Shown here piece by piece: positions 26,349 through 39,617 of a DNA stretch of 64,000 nucleotides (within the stretch, counting starts at the first letter, position 1; every line of letters starts with the position of its first letter). The notes under the pieces are model-generated. The model did not search any database. It worked only from the letters and a program-made list of their open reading frames with translations, and was not told the DNA's origin. A program made the translations under genes and the position numbers. This DNA comes from Octopus sinensis (Eukaryota): NCBI RefSeq assembly GCF_006345805.1, contig NC_042999.1:161634001-161698000 (forward strand), written 5' to 3'.

Positions 26349-26723
26349 GTGGCCCAGTGGTCAGGGCAGCGGACTCGCGGTCATAGGATCACGGTTTCGA
26401 TTCCCAGACCGGGCATTGTGAGTGTTTATTGAGCAAAAACACCTAAAGCTCCACGAAGCTCCGGCAGGGATGGTGGTGATCCCTGCTGTACTCTTTCACC
26501 ACAACTTTCTCTCACTCTTACTTCCTGTTTCTGTTGTACCTGTATTTCAAAGGGCCGGCCTTGTCACACTCTGTGTCACGCTGAATATCCCCGAGAACTA
26601 CGTTAAGTGTATAAGTGTCTGTGGAGTGCTCAGCCACTTACACGTTAATTTCACGAGCAGGCTGTTCCGTTGATCGGATCAACCGGAACCCTCATCGTCG
26701 TAACCGACGGAGTGCTTCCATCC
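26349..26723 (+). mobile_element. tRNA-derived SINE family B flanked by a 94-bp direct repeat
   Basis: Head TGGCCCAGTGGTCAGGGC (A box) and GGTTTCGATTCCC (B box), homologous to 41640-42024. The flanks 26255-26348 and 26724-26817 differ at one base. Confidence 0.9.
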
Positions 26724-28298
26724 ATCGTAATTGTTTAACTCCAGGTCAGCCCTGATTAAACAGATTTGTGATCAAAGTTACTCCAATTGTTACTAATCTA
26801 TCTCGTATAAGAACTACATTATTTGATGTATTGTTTCTTAATAAGGTAGGGTGTAATTTGAAGGTTGCTATTTCTTACAGCTCATCCATATAGAGGATCC
26901 CTCGTTAATTCATGTTTGTTATTATTGCTGTTGGTCTTGGTGGTGGATTATGCTTAGTGCTTTTGGCTAGATTTAATGGAACATGCTTAGAATGAAAGAT
27001 ATTCCACCTGTGACTCTACTGACTCTATATCAGTCAATGAGTATCTGGGACTACATTATCCAGTGTCTTACTTTTCAAGTGTTAGAGGAGTGATTTGAAG
27101 GATATTTGGGTGTTACTTCTAGCAGGTTGAGACATCTCAAACAGGCTCCCACATTGGTCTTTTTTATGCATGTTGTTGTTTAACCCTAAGTCAGCACTAA
27201 TTGAACAGACCTATGATCAAAGGTATTCCACCCATAACTATTTCATCCTTAATGTATTGTCTTGGACAACATAATCCAATGTGACTTTTCCTTCTTTTAA
27301 GATGGCAGGATAGGATTGAAGATATTTGGTAGCTGTTTTTAGCAATCTTCGCAGCTTTCATTGGTATTTTTCCTGACAGATGAAGTAGATTTGGTCAGAG
27401 TGAAGCAGCTACAATTCCTCTACCTTTATTACTGATGTTATGTACTGCACCACAATGGTTGGAAACTAATCAGGTTAATAATGCTGCTATTTTACATTTC
27501 AACTGTCCTCAGAATTATAAAAGAAACATCAGTCAGATATTTCAAGGTTGATTAAACTAACTTCTCTCCTTCCTCAAAATTTGTGGCCTTCTCCAATATT
27601 ATAAATCAGTATTATTGATGTCAACCTTCAGGATAGAAGAGAGTAAAAATGTCCAATAATAGAGGAACAGATGGAATGTCCTACAGTAAAAGGATAGTTA
27701 TTGCTATTTTTAATATCACCACCACCACTGTTATTACTATTGTTGTTGTTGCTGTTGTTGTTGTTGTTGTTATTATTGGTTGTCAGTTTGAACAGACATA
27801 TTTTTTTTATCTTTCTTTCTGTTAGCTCCTAGGTTACAATTGCTTCCAAGTTTTCTATTTCAGAATTTGAATGATTCTTGTTTATGCCACGTAAAAAGAT
27901 TTTACAAGGCAAGTTTTTATATGATAGACTTTTGCCCAAAATACTTTTAATTTTTTTAACATTTTGGTTCAGCTTCATTTACAATGATGTTGAGCAAGAG
28001 AGGTAAATGAAAAACTTATTCTGTCTCTGTGAAGCAGAATAACAAAATTGTTTTGCAAAAATTCTCTCATGTGGGAAGTTTTACTTTTTCAGAAAACCAA
28101 AATATGGTTTTCAAATCTTCTGAGAACTTTTTTTAGACATAACATGAACAACACCAACAATTTTAATACACACATACAAAAATAAATGTCATTGTCCATA
28201 CACAGGATTTGTATTGCTAAGGCTGCCTCCATCATTGAAATAGTAAATATGAACAATGGCCAGTCCAAAACAGACCAGTTGCAATGCTGTATTGAAAA

Positions 28299-28628
28299 TC
28301 ATCATCATCATTGTTCAACCATGGTCGAGACAATGGAATTTACCATGCTACGCCAGACTTCACGGTCCATCATGGCATTACGGAGGTCCTGTTGCTGGAT
28401 GCCTGTATCCCTGGAGATTACATCAGGGTAGGAGAGTGTGCGCTCTCTGGTATTGCGAGTAGATGGCTTCCAGAGGAGAAGAGTAGAAATTACCTCTTTT
28501 TCAGCTCTACAACAATGTCCAGCAAACTGGACTCTCCTACCTTTCACAAGAGATGACACAGGTGGTAGTTTCCCATATATTTGCATTTTGGTTGGATGGC
28601 GCTTCCACGAGAGATTTTGAGCTCCCAC
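28299..28628 (-). mobile_element. 3' fragment of a second RTE-like LINE family
   Basis: RRVQFAGHCCRAEKEVISTLLLWKP...LRNAMMDREVWR followed by a (TGA)n tail. Confidence 0.8.
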
Positions 28629-30094
28629 AAAATAATTGTATCTCCCTACTTGAAATCAGGCAAGAAGAAAACTGGGAGAGGGTGCTTTTTTAATACCTTC
28701 AAAAGAGCAATCAAAAGAAACACCAGTTGATGTCTGGGTCACTTTATAACATTTTAGAGAAAGGAAAAGCTTATGATATTGTCTGTCTGATATTCAAGAA
28801 TGAAAACAAAGCCCGAAGACAGCTGAATTTGTGCACAAAACACATAAGCTCATGCCTCAGTTGATGGAGCAGCACATTTCAAAGGTAACAGTTCAAAGAC
28901 ATAGCAAATGATATTACTCCTTGGCTCATTGTTGCTTTTGTAAAGCATGATTAGTAAGAAATGGTATGTGGTTAGAAAGAATCAGCATAGATTTGCAAAT
29001 CCTTACAACCCCACAAGGCCATTCCAATGGTATGGCCTGTTAAGGGTGCAGAATATAAAAAAAAAATGCAACTGGCAATAGACATAGCAGAAAGCTCGGT
29101 TGTTAGATTTGTAGCAGCAAATCCTCCTTGAAGGTTTTCTTCCAAAAAGAAAGGATTAACAGAAAGAAGGTTGAGCAATGTTAGGAAGATGCTGTTCCAG
29201 TAGCACCCCAGGTTGTACCAACATTTACTGCTACAAGGAGAGTTGAAAAATCTACTTTATTCTCTATCTCAGAAGTTTAGGGAAGACAGAAGCCACATTG
29301 CGCTTAATCTCAGAATAGACAATGGTAAAGCCCCACTTTTTAACTGCACCACCCCATTCATTTGCCAAGGTGGGTATCAAATGTAAGCCCAAAGTGGAAT
29401 GGAAGATAAGAGGACAGAAACAGAAAAGGAAAAAGGAACAAAAACAAAAAAGACAATAGCCTTCAGAGAAAGCTTCTAGGAAACTGGAAGGTAAACCTGA
29501 ACTCTGGAAGTGATACAGTTTCACAATTAGGAGAAATAACAAGGGATAGCTTGAGTTGTTTTATGAGCTGGGGACAATTCAGCCAAACTCTATGATTATA
29601 GAGCAGCAGAAGTTAATGCAGTAAGAACTGAAATATGGAGAAGCTCAAATGTTGGTGAAGACTGCAAGAAAGATTTATGAACAAGTAAAATATTTCTGCT
29701 CAGAAGATATAGGTCCTTTCATAAATGAACCAAGAAATGCTGAAAGGTATTTTCAGAGATCCCTGGAAAAGTATAAAATGTTTGGTTGAGTGAGTGAAAA
29801 CATAGGGTGTTCTGACTCAACCTAACAACTGGGTTCCGACCCATGAATAGATGGGTAACCCTAAATGTTTTTAGATCATTATTACAATTATATCTTGATT
29901 TAATTATTGTATATTTTATATTTATTCTGTTTTATTAAATTTTTAATCTATCTATTGTTTAACATCTTTCTCCTTCCAACATTTTTATATATCCAGCTCT
30001 ACACATATTGTAAATCCCATATTGTTTAATGCTCATCAAATTTTATGTATTTCTTTTAGCCCTTGCAACTAATAAAAAAGGGTTGTTGCTGTTA

Positions 30095-30290
30095 AGGCAG
30101 TGAGCTGGCAGAATTTTTAGCATTCTGGGCAGAATGCTTAGTGACATTTTGTCCATCTTTATGCTCTGAGTTCAAATTCTGTCTCGGTGGACTTTGCTTT
30201 TCACCGTTTCATGATCAATAAAATAAGTACCAGTAGATCACCAGGGTCAATGTAATCAACTTACCTCCTCCTCTGAAATTACTGGCCTTA
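30095..30290 (+). mobile_element. SINE family C, diverged copy (more remnants ~42150-42360, ~42960-43090, ~45105-45305)
   Basis: Colinear with 43544-43775: GGCAGTGAGCTGGCAGA...GAGTTCAAATTC...GACTTTGCTTTTCA...AATAAGTACCAG. Confidence 0.75.
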
Positions 30291-30792
30291 TTATTATTAT
30301 TATTATTATTATTTTTACTGAAGTTTTCCTTTTAAGTTCCAAATATACTGATGTCAACTTTCCCTTCCATAATTCAAGCACTAAAATAAGAACCAGTCAT
30401 GTATTGGATAAATTCCAATGATTATGTCCTTCCTCGGGAAAATGTTGGCCTTTTCCCATTATAAGAAGTTATTATTAGTTGATTTTTATCAATGTTTTTT
30501 TTCTGGTTTCAAATTCCACCAGAATCAACTTTAACTCTTATCCACCCAGGTGGATAAACCAGGTTCCAAATAACTATACACTCTGCCTCCTCCTAACTTA
30601 TCACTTCCCCTCTTCCCCTTTAGACTAACCAACTACACCTCTTCATCCTCTTTTAAACCAATTGACAATACCACTTCTTCTACATCAACCAGCTATACCT
30701 ATTCCTTCATCTCCTCCTCTAAACTTATCAACTACACATCTTCCCCCTCTGGACTTAATCAAATATATCTCCTTCTTCAACCCAATTAACTA

Positions 30793-32240
30793 CCATATTT
30801 CTCGGTGTCGAAGATGCTACATTTTTCCTAAAATAAGTCTTGAAAATCTACCATGTGTCCTGGAGGCTGAAGTTTGCATTTTCCATAGGCATATCCTAAC
30901 ACCAGAGGAAAATCATCTAAGCTAGACAGTAATCTGAAACCTTGTATATGACCACTCGGTGAAGTGAATAAATTATACTTTGTTAAATTAGTAAATAAAC
31001 AAAAGTGACATAAAAATTTTTTTTAAATATATGCTATCACAAAAATTCATTCCAGTATGGGCAGTGTAAGACAAGGTAACTGACGAGTGATATTTTACAT
31101 ATGTATCTATATTGCCATTATTGTCACTCTCTTCAAACAACCTGACTTTACAGGAACATTATTAAGTAACGAAAGAAATTAAATTGCCGTATGTTAAAAG
31201 GGTTGACAAGAAAATATTAATAACAAAATTATCATAATCACTTACTCACTCTCTGTGATAAAATGTGTTGTGTTCAGACAGTATCATAGGCTGATCTCTG
31301 AAAGCCATGGTCTTAACCAGTTCAAACCTGGACCTACTGATGTTAGGAATGATCCGCAACTTCAGAAGATTTTACTTAAAATTTTTAGCACAACCGTTAT
31401 TATGGCAATCTCAAGCAAAGATACTCTTACACAGTCAGCTACAAGCTAAAAAGTGATTGAATATGCCAAACAGCATGACAACAGGACTGCAGAGAGGCAT
31501 TTTGGATCACCAGCAAGTGAGAAAATGATCCACTACTGGAAGAAACAAGAGGACCTGTTGAAGCCTACATCAAGACTTAAACGTAACCTTCATCAGACTG
31601 CAACTAAGTGGCCAGAACTGGAGCAAAAGATGAAGGAGGGGATAGATAGTTGCAGAGAGAAATTTGAGTCTTGCAGTATCAATAAAAATTATTACTAATG
31701 AATCAAATGTAAGGGCAGCAACATGAGGTCTGGATGATTTTCGTGGCACATCAAGCTGGCATTACAGATTTATGAAAAGGCACACATAGACTGGAAATGA
31801 AAATGAAAATAAGAATAACTCAAAAAAATGCCTGAAGATTATCATAATGAAATAATCGAATTTCCCAAGTTCATAATCAGTGCAAGAAAAGAGACTGAAT
31901 ACAAACTGGGCTGAACAGTGAATAGTCGAACTGTCAGTACAGAGACAAGGTATGGTAAGTTTTCCTTCAAAGTTTACATCTACCGTTATGTACCCACTGT
32001 AATACTGAAACTACACTTCGACAGGGATGGATTTCATAGGTGGGGTTAGGGGGGTTGTGCTTTGTTTAAATATGTATGATGGAAAGCATATTTTTGTATC
32101 AGCAACAAGCGATCCTTGAAGATTTCTGTAAAGGTAACAAGACCCGAAGTACCAGGACCTTATTTTTTTTTCAAATTTTTGGTTATGAAAATTAAGTGGA
32201 AGCCTTGAGGACGAAGCATCTTCAATGCCAGGAAATACGG
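30793..32240 (+). mobile_element. pogo-family (POGK/Tc2-like) DNA transposon, internally deleted
   Basis: TA-flanked imperfect TIRs CCATATTTCTCGGTGTCGAAGATGCT and AGCATCTTCAATGCCAGGAAATACGG. Remnants include YSYTVSYKLKVIEYAKQHDNRTAERHFG..EKMIHYWKKQE (Brinker-type DBD), KWPELE, DFRGTSSWHYRFMKRH (CENP-B HTH) and QKMPEDY. The DDE domain is absent. Confidence 0.85.
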
Positions 32241-32976
32241 TATATACTTTTTGCCATCTTTTTGACATTTTCATTAGCATTAGTGTTGTAAACAAGAAAC
32301 TATAAGTTCAATCTTTGCAAGTACTTCTTATGAATATCTCTACCTCTACGAAATTAATCAACCAAGCTCCAACAGTGGATCCAGAAATTTCTGGTAGGGA
32401 GTGGATCTGAGGTCTGATCCATTGCAATTGATCAATGAAATGACAGTGTAATATGTTCAGAGATACTGAAAAAATTAATTTTGATACTGAAATCTTCAAG
32501 AATTGCTTGTTGCTGATACAAAAATATGCTTCCCATCATACATATTTAAACAAAGCAATCAAATTTGAAAAGTTTCTTGTTTGGTGTGGGAGTGCAACCC
32601 CACTCCCCCACCTATGAAATCCATCCCTGTCGAAGTGTAGTTTCAGTATTACAGTGGGTACATAACGGTAGATGTAAACTTTGAAGGTAAACTTACCATA
32701 CCTCGTCTCTGTATTGACAGTCCCACAAAGCAAATTGGTAAGGTAGGTGAGTGCTGCCTTTTGTTAGTTTTACAGATGCGAGTGTGGGGGGTCACAATGG
32801 GAAACAGTCATGATTAGCCAGCATAAGGAATAGTGCAAATAAGTGTTAGATGAACAATCAAAGTAAATGCTAGGAACATTTTAAGTGAAGTGTTAGAGGT
32901 TACAGTGATGTCTTTTTTTTTTTTTTACATCTGTAAAGGTAAGAAGACCCAAAGTGCCGGGACCTTATTTTTATGT

Positions 32977-33391
32977 TTACTCTTTACTCCTTACTCTTTT
33001 ACTTGTTTCAGTCATTTGACTGCGGCCATGCTGGAGCACCACCTTTAGTCGAGCAAATCGACCCCGGGACTTATTCTTTGTAAGCCCAGTACTTATTCTA
33101 TCAGTCTCTTTTGCCGAACCGCTAAGTGACGGGGACGTAAACACACCAGCATCGGTTGTCAAGCGATGTTGGGGAGACAAACACAGACACACAAACACAC
33201 ACATGCATATATATATATATACATATATACGACGGGCTTCTTTCAGTTTCCGTCTACCAAATCCACTCACAAGGCTTTGGTCGGCCCGAGGCTATAGTAG
33301 AAGACACTTGCCCAAGGTGCCATGCAGTGGGACTGAACCCGGAACCATGTGGTTGGTAAACAAGCTACTTACCACACAGCCACTCCTGCGC
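32977..33391 (-). mobile_element. SINE family A copy inserted in the duplicated pogo end
   Basis: Matches the consensus, with TTATGTTTA repeated on both sides (TSD-like). Confidence 0.9.
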
Positions 33392-35287
33392 TTATGTTTA
33401 TTATCTTTTTTTTTTATTTTTGGTTATCAAAATTAAGATGCAGCCTTGAGGACGAAGCATCTTCAATGCCAGGAAATACGGTTTATACTTTTTGCCATCT
33501 TTTTGACATTTTCATTAGCATTAGTGTTGTAAACAAGAAACTATAAGTTCAATCTTTGCAAGTACTTCTTATGAATATCTCTACCTCTACGAAATTAATC
33601 AACCGAACTCCAACAGTAGGCTAGTTAACTATACTATCTTTTCTAAATCATTTAACTACTCCATCTTCCCAAGACCATTCACCTACAGCCCTCCAGGTAT
33701 GAGCAACCTTGTGAGATTTTACTCAACATAAATCATACCACACCTTTAACAGAATAACTTAACAAACATCAAGTAGGAGAGAATATTATGTAATCCCATT
33801 TCTATAACAGGTGTACCTAAGTGTTGTAAAAAGGCAGCTAAAAGTGTTGGTGACAGGAAAAGCATCTGGCCATGAAATAGTGCTTCAGAAAACCAGCCAA
33901 CCCATACCAGCATGGAAAAGTGGGCATAAAACACCAATTACCATGCTGCCACCAACAATAATGCCACCACTACTGTTGCTACTGCTGATGATGATAGTAA
34001 CAATGATGATGATGATGATGATGATGATGATGTATGAGTGCTCCCAGAAACTGTGCTAAACAAATCATAAGACACTGACAGAGAATGTATGGGTTAACGA
34101 GAAAGAGAAAAAGAAATGAAATTACTTAAATGAATAGAATTGACTTAAATATTATGTTAGATAATATTATTTTACTGATGTAATTGCAATATTACAAGGA
34201 CCATACAAAAATCATGAAAGTCCACATGTTGCCCAAGCATTGACTGCCGGTTTCTAGTGCCTGCTCTCAACAAATTGACAACTCCATCTTCACTTTCAGT
34301 TGAGTAAAACAATCAACTGAACTCCCACTCAAAACCAATCAACTAAACTCCTTCCATAAACTGCTTAAGAGCTACACTCCTTTCCTAAGCTCATCATTTA
34401 TATTCTTTATCTAGAAATTTGTTCCGTGTGCAAATATGAAAATGTTTTTTGCTTTTTCCCAAGGTAGAAGGCAATTTCTTGGAGTAAGAGATCAAATTAG
34501 GTGTGGGGTATCTTTATCAAAAGAGTATTATATACTAAATAACCAGTGGAATGGTCAGTATTTTGCATCCTTTTACTGCACTCTGACCGTGGCCAAACAC
34601 TGAGCTTTTATCATCCTAATCCATTTAGCAGCAGGAAGTTGTAAAATCAACATATTAACATTGACTGTACCATCACCATCAACAACACTTCAGAACATTA
34701 CTTATACCTCCTTGTGCTGAGGGAGCTTCTGCATAGTTGCTTGACCACCTAAAAATAGCAGCAAAATTCTCTTCTGAAAATAAGATGGGAAGATCATGGC
34801 TAGAATGCTTTACTCATAGATTTGTTTTCTCAGAGCTGACCTGAAATAGAGCATTTCGCTTCTCTTTCCACTTTATAATCGCTATAACATCTTCACTACT
34901 ACCACCACCTAACCATTCCTGTTACTGCCAACACTTCACCATTACTAACACCTGAGCTACAACACTGGTTCTACATAACATTACCACAATATTATACTAT
35001 ACTGTCACAATTACTGTACCACCACCACTACCATGCCAATACTACCATCACCATCTTATCAATGAAGCTTATAACAACCAATAAAGGATAAAAAACACAT
35101 GTCCTTTATATTATTATTATCTCATAACATAATTGAATAATTAATTAATGTCTTATAATAACAGTTAATTAGCACAGTGAGCAATAGAAGTCTAATTTAA
35201 TAATACAATCATGGCATATTTAATAAGCAGCACAATTTAATGTCCACTTTTGATATGGTGAATTACTTATTGATGAACCCACCACAA

Positions 35288-35745
35288 GGTACAGTCTCCA
35301 TTGCAGTATGGTAGTTTGTGTGGCTCACTGCTCCTGAGAGCTGTGTCAAGGGGAGCACACACTCATGTAGGACCTGCCATGCTGGACAGATCAAAGGGTA
35401 GCTGCCAGACTAATATGGACCACCTCTTCTCAGAAGTAAAAGTGGGTTTTGTTCAGGGCCAACATCCCCACCTAGAATAAAGCAAAGTTACAGAAGCATC
35501 AATGACAATTCAAAACCCACAAGACCTGGGAGAAGGTTTTTTCCCCTCTTGGAAACAAACATGACACATCAGGCCCTAACCTGAAATCCCCAAGTGGGGT
35601 GGAAAAGAGTACACTCTGAAAATAACTGGAGGCTAGATATTGAGACACGGCAGAAAAAAAAACAAGGATTTAACTGGAGGGAAACAGAAAAGACAGCCTG
35701 GAGTTTTGTTGAGGTCCAATGCTCCACAAAGAGTGAAGGGCTTAT
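35288..35745 (+). mobile_element. Old bipartite non-autonomous RTE (5' UTR fused to 3' ORF end)
   Basis: 5' UTR-like CCATGCTGGACAG..GCCAGACTAA..GGGCCAACA..CC, then HQALT*NPQ..KRVHSENNWR and SFVEVQCST, resembling the RTE C-terminal ALTWNPQGKRKRGRP..TWRR motif. Confidence 0.55.
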
Positions 35746-36138
35746 TATGTAAAGTAACCCATTCATAGATAGTTTTAATCAAAAATTTAAATATACTACT
35801 ACCACCACCATTAAATATCACTGTGAGCTAACAAGGGAACTTTTACTTGATCCCAAATTTTACATGATCCCAGCAACCAAATCTTCCCTCAGTTACACTC
35901 TATTATCTTAAAATATGAAGGACATGTTGGATAATATAGTCCTAGTTACACACTGTCTTAAAAAAATACAATAAGACAAGATGTTTGCTACTGGAATGCT
36001 TTTGATTCTTTTGTTGCAATATTTCTGTTGAAATACACTGCCTTTATTTCAATTAATTTTGAAAGAAAACGGATATGTTTAGTAAAATATTTTTATCATT
36101 ATTAAGCTGTCTAAGGCATGAATGAGATTGAAATTTAA

Positions 36139-36359
36139 CCCTTTAGTGTTCGCATTATTCTGCCACAATTAATCCTTTTTTATTCACATTGTTTTGAATT
36201 AATCATGCATTATCTTGTAGCTATGAGATTTTGAAGAGGTAGCTGTTAATTTTTAAAATGATATTGTAGGGTTGGTGTGAGAGACCAGATCTGGCCAGTT
36301 TGAACATAAAACAGACAGAATACTTTTGGCCAGATATGGCCGGTTTAAATGCTAAAGGG
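36139..36359. mobile_element. piggyBac-type MITE
   Basis: TTAA|CCCTTTAGTGTT ... AATGCTAAAGGG|TTAA gives a TTAA TSD and CCC/GGG termini. A second copy lies at 25617-25826. Confidence 0.85.
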
Positions 36360-37359
36360 TTAAATAACTTTAAAAGAGGAAGTTTGTATGATAGAACCAG
36401 AGGCAGCCTCAATTGGATTGGTATCAAAAGGGTTAGTCACAGTTTGATGAGGCAGACATGACCTAGGATTCAGCAACAAAAATGACAACCATTGTCACTG
36501 CTACTAACCAATTACTGCAATAATGTCACACACCAACACCAATCACACCTACATCCTTATCACTATCAATATTATCACCATTGTCTTTAGTATTTGCCTG
36601 GCTGGGTCTTTATTTACTTAAATAATTATAATGATTCCTTAACCCTTAATAACAGTCTTATCCACCATCTGGAATAATTTATCTACATGCGGATTTCATG
36701 CAAAGCTGTTTTTGATATAAGTTAATCCAGAGGTTAAAAAAAAAAAAGGTAGTCCTTTGAATTACTATGTGGTTGGTATGCATAGTATATTTGTACTTTG
36801 TGAAAGGGGTTAGCAACTGATCAAAGCTGAAAGATTAAAATGGAACCTGCTTTTTTGTATTTCTTACCATCTTAATCCCACAAGCTTCTGAATCAAATTA
36901 AGCTCTCAACGCTGACCACATCACGGACATCTTATTACGTTTTTGTCAACTTCACCTGGTGAGCACCTTTTCAGTTAGTCTTTTATATACCCAATGCTAT
37001 CTATAGCATGAGTGGTTGATTTCCATCTCAGCTAACTTCATCTCTACTAACTTACTATGGCTTACAACCAAATCATTTTTATTGCTAAATAAGTTTTTTG
37101 GCTTTCCTTTGACTCTTACATATATGCCCACTTTGCTCATCACTTGCCAGCTCTCATTTCTATTCAAATAAAGTTACAATGTTTCATTTACAAACATGCC
37201 TTCTGATGTTCATTTATGTGTGCACATTTACACCAGGGACCTTTTACATCACTTACATTTTACACTCTATATTTTCCACACTGGTGATTTCTTGCAAGCC
37301 ACAGAAAGCCATCAGAGACAGTAAGACCTTAATAATTCTAGATGGTATGAAAATCATAG

Positions 37360-37384
37360 CTCTCTCTCTCTCACTCTCTCTCTC

Positions 37385-37447
<63 letters not shown>

Positions 37448-37448
37448 C
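37360..37448. repeat. (CT)n microsatellite
   Basis: Visible run. Confidence 0.95.
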
Positions 37449-39205
37449 TTTGGGATGCTGAAGCATTTTCCAACTGGAAGTTCTGTCTTTGTCATGGTGT
37501 CTCATGATCACAATAAATATGTGATTTTCAAGAAATGTCATAGAAATGGTCAGAGATTTGTGTTGCTGATGTTGTACAAATCCAGAGGAAACTAATTGTC
37601 AAACGCTTGCTTTTAGACATATCTAATTCTACAATATCCAGTATGTCCTTCCTTTCTTGTTAAGATAGTAGGATGTGATTTGAAGGTGATTTGACAGCTA
37701 TTCCTGTCAGGTCAAGTCATGGCAAGGTTAAAGACAGTGTGCAGTGCTATGAGTATGTTTCCATGAATTAAAGCTGTGCGTGTGTGTATGTGTGTGTGTG
37801 CATGCATGTGTGTGTGTGTGTGTGTACATACGTATGTGTGGTGTGTCTGTGTTTTGTTACAGGGAGTGTAGTGTTGCATAATACCCCATACATTTTCAAT
37901 ATAGCATGAATAATATTTGGAAAAGTCTGCCTTGAGTCTATAAACTCTTGAGGGTGGAGCTTTCAGCAGAAATATACTTCAAAGGTTTTTTCAATGCTTT
38001 CTGTCTGTTCATTTACAGTTTGTTCAGCTAGTCTCCAACTCTCTTTATTATTGAAGCAGTTGTCCTTTTAGCCTTTAAGCAAGGGAACTGGTTCATGTGA
38101 CATCAGAGTATGTCCACACATTGGTGGGTTTCTGTGACACATGTGTAGGGCCTCTCCTTCAAGTCCTGTATGCCTTAATAGCTGGACTATCTTCTGCTGT
38201 TTGATTATAACTGGCACCCTTAGCAGGGAGTACCACTACAGGTCAGGACAGACCAGGGAGTATTTGTTACTAAGGAGTAATTCTCCATTCTCCAAAACTC
38301 CTGAATTCAAGCTTCACTAGCTGTGACTTAATGTCTTGCCCAAATATTTTACTGATACAAAACAAATTTATTTGATAAGATACGAGTGAATCAATGCAAA
38401 AGCAAGTACAATAACAGTAGTAAAAATAATAATTGATATGGAAATATAATTATTTCAGATTTACTGGAAAAGAAATAATTTCTTGATTAAGAATGTACTT
38501 TATGCAGGGGTATTAAAAGAAGTGAAATTGTAATGACATTGCTTCACACAGGAAATCAAAGAACCCATATAAGTAATTGGCGAACTAAATAAAGTTTCTT
38601 TTTTACTCTACAAGTTTCACATCAAGAATTTTATTTTATACATAATTATTGAGGTAGAAAGTTTTAAAAGAAAGATATGGGAAGTTATAGCATTCATGCC
38701 ATTTCCAAGAGTATTTTTTTAGTGTAATTGAGATCTACAATTACTCCACTTTTAGAGCCTGTACCCATTTCAAAGAGATCCTGCCTTTTAATCTTAAGCA
38801 CTTTTGTAAAGATATCAATGTTAAATCTTTCTCCCTATCTCTCTCTCTATATACATATATATATATATATATATAATTCAAAATATTACATTATATAATT
38901 AGGGCTTAGTAAAATAAATTACTTTGCCACATACTGAACTTGCTAGAAATAGCAGCCAAAAAAGTTTTTTTGCCATTTCCACTACTTAAAGAAAATTTCT
39001 CTCAGATAATGTTTACTCAAAATAACTCACGAAGGTATGGAGGTAAAAACAGAAAAATATCACAAGTACAAAGATTATTTGAGAACGTTAACGTTTCTAG
39101 ATTAGCCAAATAAATGGTCCAAATGAATTCGCCTTAAATGGTCCTTTTACATACTGAATACTTGGTGAAATTGATTAATAACTAATTAATTTTACCCTCA
39201 ATTGT

Positions 39206-39262
<57 letters not shown>

Positions 39263-39405
39263 GTGTGTGTGTGTGTGTGTCTTTCTTCTTCTTCTCTCTC
39301 TTTTTCCTCTCTCTCTTTCTCTTTCTTCTCTCTCTCTCTCTCTCTCTCTCTGCTTTTTTATTAATCCTCTTTATCTGTTTTTTTCCTTTCTCTATCTCTC
39401 TATGC

Positions 39406-39617
39406 CAGTGGTCAGGGTTCCGTGGAATCTTAGGGTTCCGCCAGTACAGTCCAGGGGTTCCGCAAGAAGTTACAAAATTGCTAAAATCGGCAGTAATTTT
39501 TAATTCTCCTGTGCAGATATGTGTGCATAAGACTATTAAATTATTGCACAGGGGTTCCTCGAGCCAGTGGAATGTTTCCTTGGGGTTCCGCTCCAGCAAA
39601 AAGTTTGAAAAGCACTG
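39406..39617. mobile_element. hAT (Charlie-like) MITE
   Basis: CAGTG...CACTG termini, internal GGGTTCC repeats and an 8-bp TSD CTCTATGC/CTGTATGC (1 mismatch). Confidence 0.85.

Noticed and set aside
26349-26415. tRNA genes at SINE heads
   Set aside because: A and B boxes are present, but there is no clean cloverleaf and the sequence continues into SINE bodies.
28690-29780. Purine-rich, coding-like decayed sequence
   Set aside because: It has multiple stops and no motif I could assign. It may be an old TE but this is unsupported.
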